From Patescibacteria group bacterium (lineage in GTDB: Bacteria; Patescibacteriota; Microgenomatia; UBA1400; UBA1449), in NCBI GenBank assembly GCA_050942955.1, contig JBMNOG010000004.1, positions 4,431 through 68,430 of the forward strand: DNA of 64,000 nt, read 5' to 3'. This document shows positions 28,381 to 38,297 of this stretch, one piece after another. Each line of letters starts with the position of its first letter. Within the stretch, counting starts at the first letter, position 1. The translations under genes and the position numbers were made by a program. The notes below the pieces were generated by a model, which saw only the letters and a program-made list of their open reading frames with translations, was not told the origin of the DNA and made no database searches.

Positions 28381-29469
28381 TTGGTGATTATGAAGGCTAA
28401 CATACTTTCAAACCTCAAGAAAATTGCTATTCTGCGAGCTAATGCCCTCGGAGATTTTATTTTCGCCCTTCCGGCACTAAAAGCACTTAGAGAGACGTAC
28501 CCTAAAGCTGAACTTGTATATCTGGGTAAACCCTGGCACGAAACATTCCTCAAAGACAGAAAAGAGATTGTAGATAGAGTTGTCACTATTCCAGTAAGTT
28601 ATGGAATAAGAGAGGAAAACGGGAAAAGGGAAAATACTAAGGAACTGGAATCATTTTTCTGTGGAATGCAGAAAAAGAAATTTGACATTGCCATCCAGCT
28701 TCATGGAGGCGGCAGAAATTCAAACCCATTTGTCTCTAAACTAGGCGCACAGATAACAATTGGTTCTCAAACTTTTGATGCTTTAGGTTTAGACACAACC
28801 ATTCCATATATTTATTACCAAAACGAGTATTTACGATGTCTGGAGATCGTGGCCTTAGTTGGTGCAAAAACAAAAGAGATCGTTCCTCATCTCAACGTTA
28901 GACCTAAAGATGTAAATGAGGCTAGGGAAGTTATCGGAGGTATGTCTAAACCCCTAGTTATCCTACACCCTGGGGTAAACGACCTAAGAAGACAGTGGCC
29001 TGAAGAACGTTTTGCACAAGTCGGAGATTCACTTGCAAAAAAGGGTTTAAGTATTGCTCTTACCGGCACTAAAAATGAAGAAAAGCTGGTAAGCAACGTG
29101 ATAAGGAAAATGCAGATAAAGCCTCTAAATCTCTGCAGCAAACTGACAATCAATGGATTGACTGGTTTGTTAAAAATTGCAAAACTTATTATCAGCAATG
29201 ACACAGGACCACTTCATCTTGGAGCAGCCATAGGTACAAAAACAGTGGGAATCTACTGGTGCGGTAACCGCATCAACGGCGGACCGATAACAATTGCCAC
29301 AAATACTCCCTTAATTTCCTGGTTAACTCGCTGCCCCTTATGTGGAACAGACATGACAAAGTTAATAGTTAAGAAAAGTCATGAATGCAGCCACAACGTC
29401 TCGTTTGTTAAAGATGTATCTGTCAAAACTGTATATGAAGCGGCTAACTACCTTCTAGCTGAAGAATAA
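28381..29469 (+). CDS. glycosyltransferase family 9 (heptosyltransferase-like) with a C-terminal Cys/His cluster
   Basis: N-terminal ILRANALGDFIFALPALKAL is the GT9 signature. C-terminal CPLCGTDMTKLIVKKSHECSH. Confidence 0.75.
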   Translation: MVIMKANILSNLKKIAILRANALGDFIFALPALKALRETYPKAELVYLGKPWHETFLKDRKEIVDRVVTIPVSYGIREENGKRENTKELESFFCGMQKKKFDIAIQLHGGGRNSNPFVSKLGAQITIGSQTFDALGLDTTIPYIYYQNEYLRCLEIVALVGAKTKEIVPHLNVRPKDVNEAREVIGGMSKPLVILHPGVNDLRRQWPEERFAQVGDSLAKKGLSIALTGTKNEEKLVSNVIRKMQIKPLNLCSKLTINGLTGLLKIAKLIISNDTGPLHLGAAIGTKTVGIYWCGNRINGGPITIATNTPLISWLTRCPLCGTDMTKLIVKKSHECSHNVSFVKDVSVKTVYEAANYLLAEE

Positions 29470-29596
29470 AACTATTGCTTGTAGTTTGAGACACCGAAAG
29501 ATAAGTTTTGGTTGATAAAACAATTAGTTGGTTCCTCTTCCTCATCTCTTACACACCTTTTATATATCCCTCATTTTCCAACTTTACTCTTTGGCT

Positions 29597-30634
29597 ATGA
29601 AGATAACCAGAGTTTTTAGCAGAGATCAAAAACTTAAAATCGGAGTATTTAGAGCGTTGTACTTAGGCGACCTACTCTGTAGTGTGCCAGCATTTAAGGC
29701 TATAAGAAAAACCTTTCCTGAGGCCAATATCACTTTAATATCTCTACCTTGGGCAGCTGAGTTTGCAAAGCGTTTTGCCTATATTTTCAACAGTTTTATC
29801 AAGTTTCCCGGCCTTCCTGGACTACCTGAGCAGCCAGTTAATCCCAAAAAATCTCTGGAATTTTTTCAGCATTTGCAAAATGAACAGTATGACCTTCTTT
29901 TGCAAATGCAAGGTAACGGTAGTATTGTCAACACTGTTTTACCTCTAGCTGACGCTACTGCCATGGCCGGTTTTTACATGGCGAGAGGTTTTCGGCCCAA
30001 CCGCTACTTTTTCATGAGGTATCCAAACAACCTTTCTGAAGTTGAGAGATACTTAAAACTTACTCACTACCTTGGAATGGATTGTGAAGATAAACAACTG
30101 GATTTTCCTCTCTATCAAAGTGATTATAGGGAATTTGGATTACTTGAGGCACAGCTTGGGTTATCAAAAGAAAGGTATGTCTGTATTCACCCTGGAGCGA
30201 GAGAGAAATTAAGACGCTGGTCCCCTCTTAATTTTATTACCGTCGCAGATGAGATAGCAAGCAAAGGTTACAAGATAGTTTTAACTGGAACTTCAAGTGA
30301 AAAAGGGTTAACAAAGGCCATTGCCCATTCCATGCGTTACCCAGCTCTGGATTTAGCAGGAAAAACTTCTCTTGGAGCTCTGGCTCTTACCATTAAGAAT
30401 TCTCAGTTAATGGTCTGCAATGATACCGGTGTTTCCCATCTTGCAGCTGCCCTATCTCACCCTACAGTTGTCATCTCTCTCTCTAAAGATAAGAAGCGCT
30501 GGAAACCAGCAAACAGTTCCCTGCACCAGTTTGTGCCTGGGGAGACAAACAACGCACTTGAAGAAGTACGCTTCCGGATTTTCAACTTTTTAAGTACTCA
30601 AAGCAGCTATCCTGCCCTCACGCTCTATTCATAA
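29597..30634 (+). CDS. glycosyltransferase family 9 (heptosyltransferase-like)
   Basis: KIGVFRALYLGDLLCSVPAFKAIRKTFPEANITLISLPWAAEF is the GT9 N-domain. Start chosen at MKITRVF (track ORF from 29528). Confidence 0.75.
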   Translation: MKITRVFSRDQKLKIGVFRALYLGDLLCSVPAFKAIRKTFPEANITLISLPWAAEFAKRFAYIFNSFIKFPGLPGLPEQPVNPKKSLEFFQHLQNEQYDLLLQMQGNGSIVNTVLPLADATAMAGFYMARGFRPNRYFFMRYPNNLSEVERYLKLTHYLGMDCEDKQLDFPLYQSDYREFGLLEAQLGLSKERYVCIHPGAREKLRRWSPLNFITVADEIASKGYKIVLTGTSSEKGLTKAIAHSMRYPALDLAGKTSLGALALTIKNSQLMVCNDTGVSHLAAALSHPTVVISLSKDKKRWKPANSSLHQFVPGETNNALEEVRFRIFNFLSTQSSYPALTLYS

Positions 30635-30653
30635 CCTAAAGGAAAGGGTGCGT

Positions 30654-31664
30654 ATGGTATCAGGAAATTTATCAAAACTCAGAATCTTTACCTGGCATAT
30701 CCATGGGAGCTACCTATACTACCTTTCACACTGTCCATGCAACTTTTATATTCCCAAAGACTCAAATAATAAAGATGGATATATCGGCAAAACAAGTAAT
30801 TTTCCCTGGAGAGAAAAAGTCCATGAAATTCTGAAAACTGAAGTGAAGACTCAGGATTTTGACATAATTCTTTTCCAGTCCAAAAAAAATTATTTGAAAG
30901 ATCAATACGATATTTTGTCTCCACACCAAAGAATGTTGCCAAAGATTTTCTTGGAACATGATCCGCCACAAAAACATCCGACTAACACTAAACATGTAGT
31001 TGACGATCCCAATGTTGTTATTGTTCATGTTACAGACTTTAACAATCTCATGTGGGACAACAACCTCTCGCCTACCGTAGTTATTAAGCACGGAGTAAAA
31101 ATTCCCACAAATGTCCGGTACAACGGTCATCTACAAAAGGGTGTCGTCGTTATTAATAATATTGTTAAAAGAGGCCGAAGATTAGGGCTAGACATTTTCG
31201 AGAAAGTCAGGAAGCAAATTCCTCTTGATATTGTCGGGATGAACTCAGAGTTAGTCGGGGGACTAGGCGAAGTTCCTTTTATAAAACTTCCTCAGTTTAT
31301 TTCCCATTATCGTTTCTTTTTTAACCCCATCAGATACACAAGTCTAGGCCTCTCTGTCCTTGAAGCTATGGCTGCTGGTATGCCGGTTGTTGGTCTAGCA
31401 ACCACAGAAGTACCTTTGGTTTTGGAAAACAACGTAACTGGTTTTACCCACACAAACACCGATTTCCTGATTGAAAAGATGTATCAACTCCTAAACAACC
31501 CTACATTGGCCAGGAAGCTATCAGGCAACGCCAAACGCTTTGCAAACACACACTACAACATAGTTAAGTTTACACAAAACTGGCTCAACTTGTTTACTTC
31601 CATTACAAAGAAAACAAGCCGAACAGTTAGGCCACTTTCAAACAGCTTAGCTGTGAGTGTATGA
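30654..31664 (+). CDS. glycosyltransferase, GT4-like (GT-B C-terminal domain)
   Basis: SLGLSVLEAMAAGMPVVGLATTEVPLVLENNVTGF is the GT4 motif. Confidence 0.6.
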   Translation: MVSGNLSKLRIFTWHIHGSYLYYLSHCPCNFYIPKDSNNKDGYIGKTSNFPWREKVHEILKTEVKTQDFDIILFQSKKNYLKDQYDILSPHQRMLPKIFLEHDPPQKHPTNTKHVVDDPNVVIVHVTDFNNLMWDNNLSPTVVIKHGVKIPTNVRYNGHLQKGVVVINNIVKRGRRLGLDIFEKVRKQIPLDIVGMNSELVGGLGEVPFIKLPQFISHYRFFFNPIRYTSLGLSVLEAMAAGMPVVGLATTEVPLVLENNVTGFTHTNTDFLIEKMYQLLNNPTLARKLSGNAKRFANTHYNIVKFTQNWLNLFTSITKKTSRTVRPLSNSLAVSV

Positions 31665-33580
31665 CTATGATGAACATTGCTTTTATCAGTGAACACGCCT
31701 CTCCCCTTGCTGCACTTGGCGGTGCCGATAGTGGCGGTCAAAACGTCTATGTCGCAAAGCTAGCATACCAGTTGGGGGAAATGGGCCACAAAGTTGATAT
31801 CTTTACCCGCTGGGACAATAAAGCTTTGCCCTTATCGGTAAACCTAACTCCGAATGTCAGGGTAATTCATGTCAAAGCCGGTCCGAAAACTTTCATACCT
31901 AAGGAAGAACTCTTGCCACACATGAACTCTTTTACTCAAAGCATGCTTTCTTTTCTTAAGTACAGTCAGACAACGTACGATTTTGTCCATGCCCACCACT
32001 GGATGTCTGCCCTAGTTGCTGCAGATATAAAACAAGAGCTGAAAATTCCGTTTGTAGTCACCTTCCATGCCCTGGAAAAAGTACGACTAAAATACCAAAA
32101 AGAGGTAGCTTCACTTCAAGCTAAACGAATTAATGTTGAAGAAGACGTGATCAAAAAGTGTAACTACGTAATTGCCGAATGCCCCCAGGATAGAGACGAT
32201 CTCATTACCCTTTACAATGCTGATCCAAGAAAAATTGTTACTATTCCTGCTGGGTTTGATCAGAAAGAGTTCTATCCGATTGACCGGATACTGGCTTGCA
32301 GCGTCCTCAAACTTGATCCCAGTATAAAGTATGTCCTGGCACTCAGTAGAATGGTACCCAGAAAAGGAATTGAGACTATTGTCCGCGGCTTTGCCCGATT
32401 TTTGAAAGATAATCAAAGCAGTATGAAACTGCTTATTGTTGGCGGTGAGTCTGATTTGCCTGACCCAGAGTACACTCCGGAAATCGCCAGGCTGACCGGT
32501 ATTGCCCGAGATGAAAACATTGAAGAGTCTGTAATCTTTACCGGCAGAAAAGACAGATCAGTATTAAAGTACTTTTACAGTGTAGCTGAGGTGTTTGCTT
32601 CCACTCCTTGGTATGAACCTTTTGGCATAACGCCACTTGAAGCGATGGCATGTGGCGTGCCAGTTATTGGTACAAGAGTTGGAGGCATCAAGTTTACTGT
32701 AAAAGATAATGAGACAGGGTACCTTATTGAACCTCAAAAACCCCAACAGTTTACTAAAGCCCTAGAAGCACTTGTATCAAACCCATATAAGCTCCGGATT
32801 TTTAAAGAAAACGGGGTAAAACACGTCAATGAGTACTTTACATGGGAAAAAGTAGCCAGACAAATGCAGGCGTTGTACCAAAAAGTACTTCCTCAGATGA
32901 CTGTGAGTGATACCTTTCTTCCCTTACCTGAAAAAGTAGTTGAGATAGCTTTCAGTGAATTCACCCAACTTTTAAGTAAACCGATGAGAAGTCTTAAAGA
33001 AAACATTCTTTCCGCAGCAAAGATAATTGAGGAAACATTTGAACACAACGGCAAGGTTATAGTTTGTGGTAACGGCGGCAGCGCAGCTGATGCCCAGCAC
33101 TTTGCAACAGAACTAGTAGGTAGGTTTCAAATTCCTCAAAGACCGGCTTTCCCCGTAATGGCGTTAACAGCCGATTCAACTTTTCTTACAGCCTGGTCAA
33201 ACGATGTTTCCTTTAGAGAGGTGTTCTCAAGACAAATTGAGGCCTTCGGGCAAGAAAGAGATACCGTTATTGGCATCAGTACTAGCGGCAATTCTGAAAA
33301 TGTTGTTAAGGCATTTGAAGTTGCTCACGATAAAGGTATGTTGGCTATTGGTATCTTAGGCAAAGATGGTGGTGAGGCTGCAGAAGAAGCAGATGTATCT
33401 GTGATTGTACCCTCGCAAAACCCTCAACGCATTCAGGAAACTCATCTACTCATATTGCATACGTTGGTAGAAATTGTTGAAAACTATCTACTCAGCAAAG
33501 AACTTCAACAACGTAGCAAGGGTATGGGTAGAAAAAAATCAACACAAAAAATAGTGAAAGGAGAAATATGGAAAATATAA
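31661..33580 (+). CDS. gmhA: fusion protein: N-terminal GT4 glycosyltransferase (sucrose-phosphate-synthase/MshA-like, GGQNVYV) + C-terminal sedoheptulose-7-phosphate isomerase GmhA (SIS domain)
   Basis: N-terminus ASPLAALGGADSGGQNVYVAKLA. C-terminal ~190 aa (KVIVCGNGGSAADAQHFATELVGRF...GISTSGNSENVVKAFEVAHDKGMLAIGILGKDGG...IQETHLLILH) aligns along its length with E. coli GmhA. Confidence 0.8.
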   Translation: MTMMNIAFISEHASPLAALGGADSGGQNVYVAKLAYQLGEMGHKVDIFTRWDNKALPLSVNLTPNVRVIHVKAGPKTFIPKEELLPHMNSFTQSMLSFLKYSQTTYDFVHAHHWMSALVAADIKQELKIPFVVTFHALEKVRLKYQKEVASLQAKRINVEEDVIKKCNYVIAECPQDRDDLITLYNADPRKIVTIPAGFDQKEFYPIDRILACSVLKLDPSIKYVLALSRMVPRKGIETIVRGFARFLKDNQSSMKLLIVGGESDLPDPEYTPEIARLTGIARDENIEESVIFTGRKDRSVLKYFYSVAEVFASTPWYEPFGITPLEAMACGVPVIGTRVGGIKFTVKDNETGYLIEPQKPQQFTKALEALVSNPYKLRIFKENGVKHVNEYFTWEKVARQMQALYQKVLPQMTVSDTFLPLPEKVVEIAFSEFTQLLSKPMRSLKENILSAAKIIEETFEHNGKVIVCGNGGSAADAQHFATELVGRFQIPQRPAFPVMALTADSTFLTAWSNDVSFREVFSRQIEAFGQERDTVIGISTSGNSENVVKAFEVAHDKGMLAIGILGKDGGEAAEEADVSVIVPSQNPQRIQETHLLILHTLVEIVENYLLSKELQQRSKGMGRKKSTQKIVKGEIWKI

Positions 33581-34293
33581 AGGGAAAAGTTGCGTTGGTT
33601 ACAGGCGGCAGCCAGGGGCTTGGCGCAGCTATTGTTGAAGCTTTAGCCAAACATGGAGTTACGACAATTATTGGAGACATTAAAGATCGGCAGGCAGAGA
33701 TAGTACGAAAACGTTTATCTAAAGAAGGCAGTAAGGTTTTTAACTATCATCTTGATGTTAGCAGTGAAATCAGCACTACCGAAGTTATCAATAAAATTCA
33801 GAAAGAGTTTGGGCGTTTGGATATCTTAGTAAATAACGCCGGCATTGATGTAACTAAACCTGTTGATGAACTCACTATTGAGCAGTGGGATCGGGTTCTG
33901 GGAGTAAATCTTAGAGGTCCGTTTATATTGTCAAAACTTGCTCTCGAAGCAATGAAGAAGCAAAAAGGCGGACATATTGTTAACATTACCTCAACAGCAG
34001 CTAAGCGCGCTTGGGCCAATGCCTCAGCTTACCACGCCAGCAAATGGGGACTTCTGGGTATGAGTCACTGCTTCTTCTGTGAAGCCAGAAAGTTCAATGT
34101 TAAAGTATCTGCTGTCGTATCCGGAGGCATGAGAACTCGATTTATTCTTGACCGTTTTCCTGAAGTAGACCCAAACACCTTACAAGACCCAATACATGTT
34201 GCTAAAACAGTATTATTTATTCTTAAACAAGCAGATGAAACTGTCATTCCTGAAGTTATGGTTTTGCCGCTTAACGAAACCTCTTGGCCTTGA
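33568..34293 (+). CDS. short-chain dehydrogenase/reductase (classical SDR)
   Basis: GKVALVTGGSQGLGAAI and catalytic YHASK. 241 aa. Confidence 0.85.
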   Translation: MENIKGKVALVTGGSQGLGAAIVEALAKHGVTTIIGDIKDRQAEIVRKRLSKEGSKVFNYHLDVSSEISTTEVINKIQKEFGRLDILVNNAGIDVTKPVDELTIEQWDRVLGVNLRGPFILSKLALEAMKKQKGGHIVNITSTAAKRAWANASAYHASKWGLLGMSHCFFCEARKFNVKVSAVVSGGMRTRFILDRFPEVDPNTLQDPIHVAKTVLFILKQADETVIPEVMVLPLNETSWP

Positions 34294-34310
34294 GCCGGAA
34301 AAGGTTGACT

Positions 34311-34901
34311 ATGAGAAAACTACCAAAAAAAGCCATATTTTTGGACAAGGATGGGACACTTATACCTAATATTCCCTATAATGTAGATCCTGAACGTATC
34401 GCTTTAAACCCTGAAGTAGGAAGATCATTAAAATCCCTTCAGGATGCAGGATTTCTCATAGTTGTAATCACAAACCAGTCAGGTATTGCGCGAGACTTTT
34501 ATTCTGAAAAAAATCTTATTCCTATAGAAAAAAAGCTAAAAAAACTACTGGTTGATTTTAACGTAAACCTTAGTGGTTTTTACTACTGTCCCCACCATCC
34601 ACTGGGGACTATCCCTTACAACATAGTGTGCGAGTGCCGCAAACCAAAACCGGGACTGCTTTTTAGGGCAGCACGCAATCTGTATATAGACCTATCCAGT
34701 TCCTGGATGATTGGTGATACGTGGAGCGATATCGGAGCAGGTTTTAATGCTGGTTGCTTCACAGTTTTATTATCACCTTACCCGAACACGATGACTCCTG
34801 AAAGCAAGTTCACTCCTGATTTTAAAGCTAAAAACTTTAGCGAAGCTGCCTCAATTATCTTAGAAACTCAGGAGATATTGGTAAATACCAGTAAACTATG
34901 A
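34311..34901 (+). CDS. gmhB: D-glycero-D-manno-heptose 1,7-bisphosphate 7-phosphatase (HAD family)
   Basis: AIFLDKDGTL...VVITNQSGIARDFYS...YYCPHHP...CECRKPKPGLL...IGD aligns with E. coli GmhB, including the Cx(D/E)CRKP motif. Confidence 0.8.
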   Translation: MRKLPKKAIFLDKDGTLIPNIPYNVDPERIALNPEVGRSLKSLQDAGFLIVVITNQSGIARDFYSEKNLIPIEKKLKKLLVDFNVNLSGFYYCPHHPLGTIPYNIVCECRKPKPGLLFRAARNLYIDLSSSWMIGDTWSDIGAGFNAGCFTVLLSPYPNTMTPESKFTPDFKAKNFSEAASIILETQEILVNTSKL

Positions 34902-36400
34902 AAGTTACTGATCAAAAAGCTCTGGATAGAATTAAAAAAGTTAATGTTGCCGTGTTGGGAGAGGCTATTTTGGATGTATTTATTGAAGGGGTTTCACAGC
35001 GGCTTTCCCGAGAAGCTCCTGTTCCTATTGTAGAAGTTGAATCAAAAAAAGCAGTCGCCGGTGGCGCTGCAAACACCGCCGTGAACACGACCACCCTAAG
35101 CGCCCACACCTATTTTCTGTCCGTTGTCGGAAAGGACAAAGAAGGTGAAAGCATAAAAACGATCTTGAGTAAGTATGGAGTGGAAACAAGATATGTAGTC
35201 GAAGACACAAGTAGGAAGACACTTTCAAAACAGAGAGTTGTTGCAAACAGTCAAGAACTGGTACGTTATGACCAAGGTACAACTTCTCCAATCTCTACCG
35301 AGGCAGAATTAGCATTAATTCAAAATCTAAAAAAAATTCTTTCGTTAATTGATGTTCTGATAGTCTCTGACTACGGTTATGGTGTTATCACCTCTCAGGT
35401 TTTAAAAACTTTATCAGAAATTAGAAATCAGAAAGAGATTATCATAGCAGTCGATTCTAAGAATCTGCGCAACTATAAGGAAGTCAAACCAACGCTGATT
35501 AAACCTAATTACATAGAGGTAGTAGAAAACTTGGGATTAACACCGGTTTCAGACAGTCTTGAAAGATTCAAGCAAGTTAGAGCCAGGAAAAAGAATCTCT
35601 TTGAATGCTGTGATCCTTCAATTATTGCGGTTACCTTGGATAAAGACGGAGCCTTGTTATTTAAAGACAGGCGTTACGTGTACCGAACCTATGCTCGGCC
35701 GGTTAAACAGTCAAACTCTATTGGAGCCGGCGATACGTTTATTAGCGCATTTACCCTTGGACTAGCTGCAGGCATGTCTTTATCAGCCTCAGCTGAGTTG
35801 GCAGCTGCGGCTAGCCAGGTTGTTGTTGATAAAACTGGCACAGCTCCATGCTACCTTAACGATTTAGAAATCCACAGTGAACACAATAAAAAAATCGTGT
35901 CAAATATAAACGAACTGCTGCTTATCTTGGACAAAACCAGAAAAGAAGGTAAGCAGATCGTGTTTACCAACGGCTGCTTTGACATTATTCACTCCGGACA
36001 TGTAACCTACTTAAGCCGGGCAAGAGAGTTAGGAGATGTGCTGGTTGTAGGTGTTAATAGTGACAAGAGTGTCCGCCATTTAAAGGGCTGGGAAAGACCA
36101 GTTAACCCTCTTCCCGATAGACTTAAAGTGTTAACAGGTCTAAGCAGTATAGACTACGTCATCCCGTTTGAAGAATATACCCCTATTAAACTAATTAAAA
36201 CCATAAAACCTCACATCTTTGTAAAAGGCGGAGACTATACTCTTAAAACTCTTCCGGAAGCCCCGTTTGTAAAGAAGTACGGTGGGAAAGTTAAAATCTT
36301 ACCGTATATTGAAGGCAAATCAACCACAGGTATTATTGAAAAAATTCAAAGAGTATTTCTTGATAGATTTTTTTTCACTCATAATATTAGACCGAGATAA
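34898..36400 (+). CDS. hldE: bifunctional D-beta-D-heptose 7-phosphate kinase / D-beta-D-heptose 1-phosphate adenylyltransferase
   Basis: N-terminal ribokinase-like domain (NVAVLGEAILDVFIEG..., GAGDTF). C-terminal cytidylyltransferase-like domain (IVFTNGCFDIIHSGHVTYLSRARELGDVLVVGVNSD). Confidence 0.9.
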   Translation: MKVTDQKALDRIKKVNVAVLGEAILDVFIEGVSQRLSREAPVPIVEVESKKAVAGGAANTAVNTTTLSAHTYFLSVVGKDKEGESIKTILSKYGVETRYVVEDTSRKTLSKQRVVANSQELVRYDQGTTSPISTEAELALIQNLKKILSLIDVLIVSDYGYGVITSQVLKTLSEIRNQKEIIIAVDSKNLRNYKEVKPTLIKPNYIEVVENLGLTPVSDSLERFKQVRARKKNLFECCDPSIIAVTLDKDGALLFKDRRYVYRTYARPVKQSNSIGAGDTFISAFTLGLAAGMSLSASAELAAAASQVVVDKTGTAPCYLNDLEIHSEHNKKIVSNINELLLILDKTRKEGKQIVFTNGCFDIIHSGHVTYLSRARELGDVLVVGVNSDKSVRHLKGWERPVNPLPDRLKVLTGLSSIDYVIPFEEYTPIKLIKTIKPHIFVKGGDYTLKTLPEAPFVKKYGGKVKILPYIEGKSTTGIIEKIQRVFLDRFFFTHNIRPR

Positions 36401-36409
36401 ATCAAGATT

Positions 36410-37534
36410 ATGAAAACTGGTTCCTGGGAAAATGTAAAAAAGGTACTCGCTGTCAGGCTTGATAGCATGGGAGACCTTCTGATGACTACACCCGCCCTAA
36501 GAGCTATAAAAGAGTCACTACACACAAAAAAACTTGTTTTGTTAACATCACGATCGGCCAGTTTAGCAACCCAATTTATTCCTGAGATTGATCAAACAAT
36601 CGTTTTTGATGCTCCCTGGGTGAAAACCCAAAGCAACAATATTGCTGCCAATTACATCTCAAACACCATTGCAAAACTGAAGAAGGAACAGTTTGATGCT
36701 GCTATTATTTTCACTGTCTGTAGCCAAAATCCGCTTCCTGCTGCTTTGCTATGCTATATGTCCCAAATACCACTTCGCTTAGCATACTGCCATGAAAACC
36801 CTTATGCCCTCCTAACTCACTGGCGGCCTGATCCTGAACCGCAGTTTTTTATCCGCCATGAAGTTGAAAGACAATTGAGTTTAGTAGCAAGTGTCGGATA
36901 CACAGCCTCGAATAAAACCCTATCGCTTACCCTAACTCAAACGGCACACAATTCAGTTATAGCAAAACTGAAAACACTAAAAGTTGATCTGCATATACCC
37001 TGGGTGGTCTTACATCCGGGTGTTTCTGAGGAAAGACGTCAGTACCCTTTGAAAAATTTTTGTAAGGCTCTTAAAGAGTTACAAAAACTCACTGATTTTC
37101 AGATTTTGGTTACCGGAAATGCGGCAGAAACTGAACTATCAAGGCAAGCAGCGCAGGAAATTGGCAGAAAAGCTGTTTCACTGGGAGGACAACTAACTTT
37201 AGAGGAGTTTGCTGCTCTCATTGCTCTTTCTCAGCTACTTATAACTAACAATACCGGCCCTGTTCATATAGCTGCCGCAGTTGGAACTCCTGTTGTAGAT
37301 CTATACGCTAATACTAACTCTCAGCACACTCCCTGGATGGTACCAAATCGGGTTCTAATATTTGATGTTCCCTGTAAAGCCTGTGAAAGGGGTATATGCT
37401 CTACCGGACCTCATCATATTCAAAAACACGTAAAACCTAGGGAGATCGTTAAAGCCTCCTTAGAACTTTTGTTACCAAAGTTTAAAACCGAGTTACTATA
37501 TGGCAAAAGTAGATGTTTTAATTCCAACACGTAA
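36410..37534 (+). CDS. glycosyltransferase family 9 (heptosyltransferase-like) with a C-terminal Cys cluster
   Basis: VLAVRLDSMGDLLMTTPALRAIKESL is the GT9 signature. C-terminal VPCKACERGICSTGPHH. Confidence 0.75.
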   Translation: MKTGSWENVKKVLAVRLDSMGDLLMTTPALRAIKESLHTKKLVLLTSRSASLATQFIPEIDQTIVFDAPWVKTQSNNIAANYISNTIAKLKKEQFDAAIIFTVCSQNPLPAALLCYMSQIPLRLAYCHENPYALLTHWRPDPEPQFFIRHEVERQLSLVASVGYTASNKTLSLTLTQTAHNSVIAKLKTLKVDLHIPWVVLHPGVSEERRQYPLKNFCKALKELQKLTDFQILVTGNAAETELSRQAAQEIGRKAVSLGGQLTLEEFAALIALSQLLITNNTGPVHIAAAVGTPVVDLYANTNSQHTPWMVPNRVLIFDVPCKACERGICSTGPHHIQKHVKPREIVKASLELLLPKFKTELLYGKSRCFNSNT

Positions 37535-38297
37535 CCGGAGTGAAGCTCTTACTGCCACTCTAACCAGTCTTTACTTTCAAAGCTTTTCAGATTTTCGGGT
37601 AATTATTTCTGATCAGTCAGATAACTTTATTGCTTCTGAAACCATAAAAACAATCTTTCGAATGTATAGTGCCAACAAAGAAAAAGTGACTTTATTGCAC
37701 AACCTTCCTCGTAAAGGCATTGCTCAACAACGCCAGTTTCTCCTAAATACAACAACGGCAGAGTACTGTCTTTTTCTTGATGATGATTTAATCCTTGAAC
37801 CCTACGTACTTACCAACATGTTTAAAGCCATAACAGAGGAAAAGTGTGGTTTTGTCGGTATGGCCCCAATTGGCTTGAGTTTTAAAAAGGATATCCGGCC
37901 CAAGGAGCAGTCAGTTGAGTTCTGGAGTTGCGGTGTTAAACCGGAAGCAGTAACTCCAGTAAGCAAAAAGTGGCAGCGGCACAAACTTCACAACGCCGCA
38001 AATATTTACCATGTTGCAAAAAAATTTAAACTAAAGCCAGAAAATCAGCAAAAATATAAAATTGCTTGGGTGGGCGGTTGTGTTTTGTATGACACCTCCA
38101 AGCTAAAGGTATGCGGAGGGTACTCATTCTGGGATAAAGTCCCAAAGGTAACTTGCGGCGAAGATGTTTTGGCTCAACTTAGAGTCATGAAGAAATTTGG
38201 AGGCTGTGGTCTTCTCCCTTCAGGCGCGTACCACCAAGAGCTACCGACAACTTTGATTAACAGAAAACATGATGCACCCTTCCTACTTGGTATTTAG
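37500..38297 (+). CDS. glycosyltransferase family 2
   Basis: VDVLIPTRNRSEALTATLTSLYFQSF...ISDQSDN and DDD are the GT2 DxD region. Confidence 0.75.
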   Translation: MAKVDVLIPTRNRSEALTATLTSLYFQSFSDFRVIISDQSDNFIASETIKTIFRMYSANKEKVTLLHNLPRKGIAQQRQFLLNTTTAEYCLFLDDDLILEPYVLTNMFKAITEEKCGFVGMAPIGLSFKKDIRPKEQSVEFWSCGVKPEAVTPVSKKWQRHKLHNAANIYHVAKKFKLKPENQQKYKIAWVGGCVLYDTSKLKVCGGYSFWDKVPKVTCGEDVLAQLRVMKKFGGCGLLPSGAYHQELPTTLINRKHDAPFLLGI

